A stretch of DNA of 64,000 bases from Bispira polyomma (lineage: Eukaryota), in the NCBI GenBank assembly GCA_965649765.1, contig OZ287753.1:28644001-28708000 (forward strand). Direction: 5' to 3'. Numbering within the stretch: position 1 is the first letter of the stretch; every line of letters begins with the position of its first letter. The notes under the pieces are model-generated. The model was not told where the DNA came from and did no database searches. It saw only the letters and a program-made list of their open reading frames with translations. A program made the translations under genes and the position numbers. Shown in pieces: positions 51,401 through 63,400 of this stretch.

Positions 51401-54400
51401 TTTTAGATTTATCAATTTATGGTTTGAAAATCGGAATATTTAAAAATACCCTGTCAGACCTACTTTGCTTAGCATTGTGCAAGAGTGTATAAAGAAAGGG
51501 GTATGGGCCGAAATACAATGGAAAAGGTAAGTTTAGAAACTTGTAAACTAAAATAGCTGTTTTGAAATATAACTCACCCCAGGTAAGTCCTTCTTTCCAC
51601 GTCGACTCCCTGCTGCATACTGCTCAGCTCAAAGTCGCCCTGTGCCTGTGGATAGCCAACAAGCCCACCCGGGTCATCTATTACGTTTAGCCCAGACTGC
51701 AAGAAAACCACCAACCAACAACGACACTAAGAGAGCATAGCCCCCATTAAAATACGCACAGCACTTAAGAGAATATAGCTTCCCCCCTTAAAAACAAGCA
51801 CAACACTTAAAAGAGTATAGCTTCCCCCCCTTAAAACAAGTGCAACACTCAAAAGATCATAGCTTCCCCCTTTAAAAACAAGCACAACACTCAGGAGAGC
51901 AAAGCCCAACCCATATCATGCTTAATAAACACATATGACATTAAATCACAGAGAACAGCCCCCTCCCCTCCAAGAAAAAGGGGCCTATTTATACAGTAGA
52001 GCCACTGTTATCCGCGAAATGTTGCGAGTCTCCGAGGAAAATTTTGTTTAAGTATAAAACAATAGGAAATCAAGTGATGCTAGATATAAACTTGGTAATT
52101 TTGGAGAGGTAAATATGTTCATACATCGTCAAATATTTGGATAACAGCAGTTTAGATTACAGAGGTTCTACTGTAGCATTTCAATAGAGACCATAAGTGA
52201 GCATTTCCATGCAGGCAATTTTCTGAGGTAACCAGCCAACGGCAATTCCATCACTTTCATTGATTTATAAGCAAGTGTTTCCATGTGAGCAACGCAGACG
52301 GGCGGCGGGCAATGTCAGGCAATTTTTTTGGTACCTGGAGCAAAAAAAAAATCGCCTAGCAATGCCTGTCGCTGTGTAAACATTGCCGATTCTTTAGAAT
52401 TAACTCAGGAATTAGAGAAGATCAAAAAAATCGTGAAAATATGGTGAGAAAGCTTATTTTTTTTTTTGGGGGGGGGGGGGGTTATTGTGCTTTTTGTTGC
52501 ATCCAAATCGGTTCAGAAATGGGTAAAATATTTCCATTTTGGTTGAATAATTCTATAGATACATAAAAATTGCCGATTGCCCGTTGAATGTCGGCAGATC
52601 GCTGTCGCCAACTGCCGACACGCAAACGCACACTTATAGATTTTACAAAGCTTGAGTTCGTATTTTGAAGTAAAACATCTAAGAAACTCAAAATTTGAAT
52701 ATTTTAACCAAACTTTTCTTTAAAAATCAGTCCCATGTTTTACTGCATCATAATAAACATCAACAGAACAAGCAGACGGCAACAAAATTAAGGCTTTGAA
52801 TTTTTCATATTTCCACAACTTTAACATCACATATTACAAATGTCACTTCATAAAAATTATAACTACCAAGTATAGATTACATATAAATATTTCAAATTAA
52901 GCTGAAACCTGTATAAAGGTTTAACAATAAAATCTGCATAAAGAGCTTATAATAAAGCATAAATAGTATTTCTTACATATCATCAGGCATAAAAACTTTT
53001 AAGGTACAGGTAGAGAAAACAAAATCTTCCAAATCAAGCCAAGACTTATTTTGATATTATATCCAACAGAAAGAAACACAATGTCATGTAACAATAGCGG
53101 TTAGAAAGCTGTAAACAATGCTTTGAATTTATTACAAATAATGGTAAAAACAAATTTGCCACTATAAATAAAATACTACAGTAAAGTGATATTTCATTGC
53201 TCGCATGCAGTGTGGGAATCATAGGTAGTGGACGATAATATTTTTGGTTGAAAAAAATCACTGTGATTTCTGATTTTAGGTGATAAAATAAAGCAATCAG
53301 TGGCAAATAGAGTTTATATCTAGCATTAGAATTTTTAATTGAGCCTGAAGCCAACAGAAACAAGAGTTGTCTTTTTTAAAAGACACCTGTGCATAGTATG
53401 AATTACACGTTGGTATGGCCACTATATTTTCAGGCACCCAGACACCACTCAGTTTGGACAGGTCAATTGCTTTCAACCAATTCATTGGGGCTTTACATAT
53501 TATCACTAAGATGGTGGCACCCTTTTCAGAATAAAAACAATATCAGGCTGTGCCTGATAAAATTTACCAATATCTTCTAATGCATCTACTAAAAACTGCA
53601 GTACTTTCCATGTCATCCACAACTTTAAATAGCCTAAGGTTACTATTGACTTATGAAAAAAGGCATAGAGGAAAAATGAAAAAAATAAACTATCTTGGTA
53701 AATGGAAGGGATTTTATATATTGAAAGAGCCGTGATTATGTGCAAGCTGTTAGCTCGAGTGATTAGAATGTAAGAGGATTGGTTCCCTGAACTCCATGTG
53801 CCAGAAATTGGTCAACTACTTTGGTATAGGGAATTCCAAATTGGCAAGGGGGGTAGGCGAGTTTGAAGAGATAGGTTTTAAGTTTTCAGATAGACAAAGT
53901 TTTGCAGAAAGAAAAAAACAGAAAAATAAATCATATTACAGTATAACGTCTACTGTCTTAACTCCAATTAACTGAATATTTTATTTTCTGAACTCATTTA
54001 TTCTCCCAAATTGATAGTTAATTTTCTATTATCTTCCATTTTATGAACATTGAATGTTCAACATTCTATTATCTAAATAGATTAGCAACTCTCTCAAGGT
54101 GTTCGGATGATAAAGGTTCTATTATAATTTTTTTTTTTTCAATTTGTTTGTTCGATATAGAAATTTGCAAAAGGGAATCTGTATAAAATAAGTCATAGCA
54201 ATATCAACATAATTTTGTATTGGCATTATGGAAAACATTAGAAGAGATGGAACAAAATATAGATCCGTATATCTAGCTGTTAACATGTATTCTGTGGGCC
54301 TTTCAAAATTGACTTGAAATTGAAAGGTTTGTAGGAAAAAGGAGAATTTGCAAAGCTAAAAACTAATCAATACCAAGAGCAACTCTGCATCAACAGATGA

Positions 54401-57400
54401 CAACTTTCTTTACAAAAGTCAATGACTTCATCATATTGATAGGATATCATGTCTAATGTGTGGGCTTTAAAATCAATAAATGTAAAATTATCCAGGGGAT
54501 TCTATTTTTCCACAGTGGTTTTCTTGTTTGTAGGGAGTAGAAACTAGGTATCAATATTGACACTTGGAAATTTTTATTTGATTTGCAAACAGAGTTCAAA
54601 GAGGGAGAATTCTGCAAAATGATCTAAAGGAAATACATGTACATGTAGTCCCACAAAGGCATTATCCTTTAAAATCTACCCTGGAGAGAGTAAAACTGAA
54701 AATACTGGTTGGGTTGAACTATGCCGCCTCCTTGCCTACTGAAGTTTGACTTAAAGGGGTTTAAATTGCATAACAAAATGCAAAACCTTTACAATCCAAA
54801 CATAAAGGGAAGGGTGAGAATGCAAAGTTCTAAAAGTAAAAGTAAATGTTGAATTTAATAGTACACATAGTCAGATACTGTTGTAATACGCTTGTCAAAA
54901 GAATGCACAAACACCCACTACCATATTATTTTCACTTACTATTTATCAGGACAGACATTTTATCCTTAATTACAATTTTCACACACCAAAGGCATCCCAA
55001 TTAGAGCAATACAATTATATTATAATAATTGGAATCCAATCACAAGGTTCTACAAGCCACATATATTTAAAGTAAATTAATTATCCACCCCCCCAAAAAA
55101 AAAAAAATTGATGTTGAAATTTACTAACAAAAAAGCAAAACCGATTTTTTTTTAATTTTTGGAGTATATTTAACATAGGATAAATTACAAAGAATGAAAA
55201 GAAAAAAGATAGTATTAACATATAGTATGATTTTCAATAAAATAACTAATGCTATTACAGTGACACATTTACAGTGATGCTTTTAAAGATAATAGAAGTA
55301 TCATTATTTACAATACACGTCACAAATATACGCCACAACAAAATGATAACAGTCACAAATTTATGCGAGTTATAGATTGTCGAAGTGAATTTTGGTAAGG
55401 GTGAAGTAAAGTGAAAATGTAACTGTATATTTCAATTCTGAAAGCTCTGCTAAAAGGAATATTTACATAAACAAGAACACATTTTCCTGGCTAGGTTAAA
55501 GGAAAATCTGGCTGTATATTTAATTTCATTATTATAATGAATAGTTTAAAAGCATAGCTTATTTCCACATACAGGACGTTACAGATAAATTTTATTTGAG
55601 CCGAGTCTAAGTTCAAGTTTTTCTCTTGAGTCGAAAAATAAAGACCTTGGTCTTTACCAAATAACTTAACTGTGACTGTTTTCACTTAAATAGTACACAA
55701 GTATGGTGATTACCGAGTAGTGCTGTCACGCATAAAAAGCCAACCAGAGTTTCTCAGATGATTGCAAATACATTTTCGTATACTCAAGTTGAACCCGCTT
55801 GACTACAGACAGGTTATGAAATGTATAGACGGCATCTTCAGAAATAGATTTAACTCGAAATAGAAATTCCATCAATGTCATTAAATATAATTCTTCAAAC
55901 ATATTTCTGCAAATAGGTACACTTCGATAAGAACTTATTCCACAAAATTTGTACAAGTATATGTATAGAGCAATATAATTGGTTGAAAAAGAAAACATGA
56001 CCCCCAAAAGATATAATATGTAAACTGCAGCGCCATTGGTATAAAATATATTTTTTTCTTTGAGACAAAAGTAAAAGACATTTATTTTCATAGGCAATTC
56101 TCATGGAATATGTCACCCTCCTTGAATTCGCATTCATGAATTTATATGCCAGTCAGGGAGTAACCCTTTGACTTGACAAGTTATGGAAACAGCACTTAAT
56201 GGTGATCTGGGTGGTTTTTTGTGTTTTTTGTCTGTATAATTTGTGATTAATATTTTTCCGCTTGTGTAAAAGTAAGAGTTTAGTTTATCTGCAACAAGTT
56301 GAAACAATATTTTAAAATTAATTTAATAGCATCAGAAATGTCAATTAATTACCCAAAAAAAACCACAAATCACACAACAACATCACTAGTGACCATACAA
56401 AGAAATACGTACAATGCACACAATAGAAGACACAATACACAAAAGAAAACAAAAACTAAAGATAAATGACACAAAAGAGAAAACAAAATTATTTTTAACA
56501 CAGTATTCATTGAACTACACATAATATAGCCGGGGGCAAGACTAATTAAAACTTAAGTTGGTTAATTGGTTGGTGGTTTATATGCAAGTCACACTTGAAT
56601 AATACATACATGTACAATACACAACATATATATATGTTGATAGACAGATACAATATAACTACATCTATATATTTGTACTTGTAACCTTTTACTGTAATAT
56701 ATTCAATGAAGACATTTTTAATGTCAACGGAAATTACAAAGAAAAAATTAAATAAATTAGCAGTTTTACTGAATTTAAAAGTAAACGAGGTCACTGTATT
56801 GTTCAAAAGAAAGGAGGACTATATTGTTTATAGATATCTGCAATACCTTTGCTTTACATTTGTATTAAATTTTCTTTCAAGCATGAAAACATTTTAAAAG
56901 CAAAGCCTCATAGTTTAGCCTTTAAAAGGGAATCATGACTGCAAATTTGCATCTGTTGTGGCCATTTTGTTTTCAGAATAGGGTCCAAAGTTATTCCAAA
57001 GTAAAGAAGTAGTCAAACAGAATTAAATTTGATTTTTCACAGGCTGAAGCTGAGGTGGCCATCTTGTTTTTCTTCTCTGTATCAGGTCAATGTTACAGTT
57101 ATCGGAAAACAATTTATCATAGTACCAATATTCAAAGAAACTATTTCGTAATTGTTTTAATGTAGGATTTATGACAGAAAAATATATATATTCCAAAAGC
57201 ATCCAATGAAATCGGTGTTGTAAAAAAAATAAATTACCAAACAATATCATGCCAGTCTAACTGTGTACAAATATGGGAAAATAAAATCATCTTTAATGCA
57301 GGAAGACTTCAATAACGAAGGTCTTTGGATACCTAATTATCCCAACACTTTTTAACTATGAAATCAACAAACCACAAGTAGCCCTGCTTAAAAATGCATT

Positions 57401-60400
57401 CATATATAAAACTAAAGAGGTTCATACAACTAACTAAAACTTAATAGATACCACTAATATATTATCTCTTGATCATCTTGAGACAACTATTGTCATGAAT
57501 ACCAAGAATCCAAGACCTATCATGGTATCCAGCATTCATTTGGCAAAGTGGTATTTTGGCAGAAATACTATATCTTAAATGGATGCGGTCAACTTTAATT
57601 ATTTTAAAATAATTTTTTGGATGGGAAAAGAAATCCCCGTGTTATATTAATTTTTTTTTAAGAAAAATGGAATTTTATGTTACAAAAATTCCACTTTAAA
57701 ATTCAAGAAACAAACTTAAGGTCAATCCTAGATCAGATTTTCTTTTTGCAGAGCCTCATCAACAAGTGGCTATACTAAATATAAAGCCTAACATTATTGA
57801 ATTTATTTTTGTTTTCATATTCAAAAGTAATTTGAAAGTCCCAAAGTTTTACCCTGCTTAGAGTAATATGCACTAAGATTCTCATTAATAAATGCTCCTT
57901 AATAAACAATTCTAAAACTGAGGCTCAGTATTAAACTGAATTTGTTTAACCTTTATGAGCCAAAATGTTAAAATTATATGCTTGTATTTCTTTCATTAAC
58001 TAAAAGAGCAATCAGTAGAGTGCAAACTTTTCCCAAGGCTCAGTAAAGTGAAATAGTGAAACAGCTGAATTCACTGAACAATTTAATGACTTCTGCCTTA
58101 ACCCTTGCCTGATCTCTTCACCGAATTCCATGTGTTAAACTGGTTCAATATTTTTTTGTGTAATCCTGGTGACAAACAAACTAACCAATTGACATATGCA
58201 AAAACAAACTTGTAAGTCAGGCTTACGTTTTGTTATGTTGTTCACCAATAAAAGAATTTTTCAAAGTAAGATTATTACTTAACTGGTTTAATTTTGAAGT
58301 ATGTTAAAACAAGCACAGACAGAATTTAGTATTTTACAATAAAAGCTAAAATTAGTGTGAAAACCTTTTTAAATCAAAAGAACAGAAGAGTTAATGTATT
58401 TAGTGTCATATTTGGACACAAACACCATCTCGAGAGAGAGTTGTCTTGTATTCACAAAAGTAATGACATCACTTAACAAATAATTAAGTACTGCAAACAT
58501 AGCACACAGCTTTACACTTAATGACCTTAATTTACCTGGCCCTACAAAGAGTCATAAAAACATAGATAAATGCATGTTAGATCTATTGAAACAGTAAAGG
58601 ACTTACAATACAGTAGACTCTGTATAAATCGAATCACAAAAATCCGAGGTAATTGGTTCGAATTACACCGAGTTCGAATAATTACTTTCGTGGGCTTTGG
58701 GTCAAGTCCGTCGGAGATTGCATGTGAATAGGCGATAATAGGTGATTTATCGCAAAACTCAACAATAAAAGCAGAATAAAATAAACTTTATCATACAAAT
58801 CATTTGTTTTATTGTGTTTCAATATATAAACATTAAAGAACACCTAAAATAACTGAAAACATCTTTATACAAGCACTTTTACATATAATGGACATACCTC
58901 TTATGCAAAATTAAATCCTTACTCTAATCTAAACATTTAAAATTAAGGTCAACAGCTCATTTTTGTTTAAAGTAGTCTTTGATAGTGGACTGTTTCTTAG
59001 AGGCATCAGCAGTCTTATTCACAAGAATTTCGATTTTAGTGAGACATTCAAGCTCCTCTCGAGTGTTATTAATAGATTCTATCCATCTTCTCATTTTGTG
59101 GCACATCTTTTCCACCTCTTCTTGACTGGGCATAGGTTCTTCCTGGGGTTCATCCTCATCTTCCTGGTCACTTTCCTGGTCATCCTCCTCTACTCCTTTA
59201 ACCTCCTGGACAATATCATCATCTGTTGGCATTTCAGATGTGATGAGCTCATTGTTTATCTGTGTGTATTGAGCGAATTCCTCACTTTCCTCACTGTCTG
59301 CTGGTTGAATGAGCTCACTGGGAGATTGATACTCCCTGAAGGCCATGTGAAGCCAGCAGTTAGCTATGGTCTCCTGTGTAACCGTCATCCAAGCTTGCTG
59401 GGACTCTCTTAATGCATCTAGGATGCTCAGACTGAAGTCCACTCCTTTGTCCAATGCCTCAATATGTTTTTTATTGATTGAGGTGCCATAATGATGCTTA
59501 AAGCATCTAATAATCCCTTGGTCCATGGATTGAAGAACACTGTTACAGTTTGGAGGCAAGAAATACATTGTGATAGCCTTCAGACCACTCACCGACTTGG
59601 GATGGGCAGAGCAGTTGTCTAATAAGAGGGCAATCTTCCTATTTTGGAGGGACATCTTGCTGTCTAACTTCCTCAGCCAGTCTATGAAGAAGTCACCAGT
59701 CATCCAGGCCTTCTTGTTTGCCTTATATTCCGTTGACAGAGTCAGGTGACCTCTAAATGACCTTGGTTTTTGTGATTTCCCTATGCAGAGAAGGGGTACT
59801 TTATCAGAACCATCCATGTTTGAACAAAACATGATAGAGATTCTTTCTTTGGACATCTTGCCGCCTGCACATTTTTGGCCTTTAAAAGCTAGGGTTCTGT
59901 TAGGCAGAATTCTATAAAAAAGGCCAGATTCATCGCAGTTGTAGATGTCCTTGGCCTCATACTCCTGCAGAATCTCTGTCCATACAGTCTGATGCCAGGC
60001 ATCCACATCTGGAATTTGGACTGATCTCTCCTCTCCTTGAATTGACCTCAGCCTGATATTGTATCGCTCCTTAAAACTTGTCAGCCAGCCCTGGGAGCAC
60101 TTGAAGTCAAGATATCCCATGTCTGTGGCGAATTTCTGGGCCTTCTCAATCATCAGAGGACCACTGATGGCAGCTCCTTGATCCATCTTACTGGTGAACC
60201 ACTTCAACAGAGCAGCACTGACATCTTCATATTTACCCACTTTCATTCTTTTTCTTGCTAAATTTTGATCCCCACTTTTAAGTGTTTGTTTAATTTTGTT
60301 TGAATTTTTAATCCATGTACTAAGGGTATTGAGTGGTACCCCATATTTCTCAGCAATAACCTTTTTTTTTCCTCCCCCATCAACCTCTAACAGTGCTTGG

Positions 60401-63400
60401 TACTTCTCATGAAGTGGTTTAGATGTAACTTTCCTTTTAGTCGCCATATTATCATAAAGATGCGTACAGATAGAAGTTATAAAACTCAATGACTTTAGAC
60501 CAATTCTTACCCTGTTTTTATACACACTGGTGTTTTTTAAGTGCACTTGTGTAAAATACTGTTAATCCTATTAATTTACAAAGATTTCTTTAGATGTGCA
60601 AATATTTGTTAAGTGTGAAGTGTCTGATGTTGAGAACAGAAAAAATTGTCGGCTACCTTAATTGCAATCGTTTGAATTTGAAACGGAGAGAATAATGGAT
60701 GCTATACCGTATGTTAATCACGCCAACAAGATCAAACATGGCTGCGCCCATGTAATCAACAAAACAATGACAAAAAGCTAGATTTTCAAAGGAAATTAAG
60801 GGCTTTGATGGATTAAACAGTGGTCAGGTTAGTGTAACTGTTGATTTATGTGTGAGACAAAGCCCTGTAATCTGTTGTTTAACTTTGACCGCATTGATAA
60901 AACATGGCTTCAAATAACGTGGTCATAATCCCTTTTCAAATATTTGCCAAAGGTTTTTAGTTTGGTTCGAATTATCTCTTCAGTTTTTAGTGTAAAATTC
61001 ACACTTGGGATAGCAAATTAGGTTCGATTTAAGCCGAAAATAAGCTTCGAACTTTCGAGTTAGACCGTGATTTTATACTAAGGAAAGTTGGTACATGAGA
61101 TTTGGTTCGAAATGTACCGAAAATCGAATAACAGTGAATCGACTTACACAGAGTCTACTGTATACCAAAATTGCATCATTGGCCTTTTCTGAAGCAATTT
61201 TCTGTGTCCGCTGTTTTTTTAATAATTATTTTTTAAATTATGCCTGATCACCCTTCTGTCTCATATATCTTGTTTTAGGCCTAAAAATGCGATTTAAAAT
61301 GATTGGATAGCTTTGCCCCCCCCCCCCCCCCATCCTATCCCACACAAAAAAAGTGTCCTTGTAAAAGAGCACTTGAGTTCAAGATCGGCTCTCTGAATTT
61401 TATTTATTATAACTGGTAAAATGAATGGCTACCTATTATATCAAAGTGTTCTATACTCACAACCAATTTAACTTTATTGATTTCCAAAGATTTAACTTCC
61501 ATCTTAAAAGCGTATTCAAAAAAATTTCACTAGAATAAAGAGCTCCAACTTTAGACTATAAGTATACAGTTCAACTCCTTTAAGTAGAACTTTGTTCAGT
61601 CAGTTTATGTTTGTGTTGTAAAAAATTTGTTTCCCCCTTCCCCTTATTTCTTCGAAAGACATATTCAGAAACATTCTTATACAGCCATTCTTAGAATTTT
61701 AATTTTTCCTAGGTTCAACCAATGAGATTGCTTCAGACAGTTAGACCAGTCAGTTAAATTTTTTTATACAACCATTTATGGTAAGAAGCTTTGGTAATAC
61801 CAGTAATTGGTCTCTTGAGTTTCAACTTAAAGGGGCTTTACTGTACTTCTAAAACCGCCCAAAAATTGATGAACCCACTAACCTCTAACATGAATTGCTC
61901 TGTGTATGTCAAGACAAATTTCAGTTCATACAGCTCAGTGTAATTTCGCTTCAGAGCGTCAATGTTGTTGTTGAGTTCTTTCATTTCACTCTCATGTTTC
62001 TCAAATTGAGCCTAGAAAACATCACACAAAAGTATATAATGTACGCTTCACATTATAATTGTATAGAGAGATGGTAACAGACGTATTGAAAATTGTCTTG
62101 TAGCACTGGAAATCCTATTTGTAACTTCCCTATGATTTAGCTTCCTTCTCAAACCTTCTGCAGTTGGCCCTGTGAGGCAAGGCGGAAACATCGGCCCTCC
62201 CGTTTTTGAGCATTTCTGTATCACTACTGTAAGTATTCCGTCTCAGTAATTAGCTGTTTTCCCAAATCAATCCCAAGGTATACCAATGATAAGTTGATAA
62301 TGGAGAAACTATTTGCAATACTTTTCCATTACATAAGCACAAATGGTTTTCACATTGGCAGCCATTTCCAGACATCCCATGTCTTAAATTTGGTCAATAT
62401 ATCTACTATACTATTCCTTTAAATTGCCTGGAAACCACTTTTATGTTGATGGCAACAGCAGCCATTTTAATTTCAGGAATGCACCCTAAAATCAATGTCA
62501 ACCATGTTCTACCAATGTATTAAATTTGGAAACAATATCTGCAACACTAATCCTTTGATTGACTGGAAAGCAAACTTGGGTGACAGGTCCTTATTAGGGG
62601 AGACAGGGGGACATCATAATTTCATACTGACCTCTAAATCGATCATGTCTCTTGGTGCTGGGGCCTCTGGGTTAGAGCCAACCTCTTGAACCTGACCATC
62701 CTTGGAGTTGACCTCTTTTTCAAAAAACCCTATTTTTAATATTCAATAAAACTTAACTTGTAAATGTAAAATATAATCTGAAACTAAAATTAATAAAATC
62801 AATTTTGTATAAATAAATTTATCCATGTACATTTTGCATAACATTCCCTTAAGATAGCACGGCCCTATAAGACATTAATGACACTTTTCTTAAGTTTCTG
62901 GTATTGTAATATCATAAACAAAGAATCAAAGTTTTACTATTTTTGCAGTTTCTAAGTGATCCAAATATTTTTATTTTTAAGTGAAGGTCACTTTTCCATA
63001 TCAGACTAACTTTGTTTCATTTATAACTGGAAACCGATTCCACTTTCCAAGTTACAACAAACACTTCTAAGTCCTAACTTGTTTGTTTAATTGTAATGTA
63101 TAGTTGTTGTTTTTTTAAAAAATATACAAAGGGTTAATGAGCGCCTTATCCACTTGATACAACGTGCACATTAAGCTACTGCATATAATTGTTTACAAAT
63201 TATTTTTTTCATGCAAGACATCTTGTTCCTTCTGGTTTCACATAATTTAATCACAATACATGTATAAAAGAACATGTTAATGTTCATCATTTTGTATTGA
63301 GCAGAGCATTAGCTAAAAATTTCTCTATTTGAGGTATTTTGTTAACTGTTGGTGTAGCAGAGACTTGATAATAGTATTTTTAACTGGAATGCATCCATAC

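Noticed and set aside
54670-54700. Strong minus-strand acceptor (TTTTACTCTCTCCAG) in the long V-ATPase intron
   Set aside because: Followed by GGT AGA TTT TAA (stop) and no good in-frame donor.
58963-59412. 149-aa hydrophobic plus-strand ORF
   Set aside because: Antisense shadow of the acidic transposase tail.
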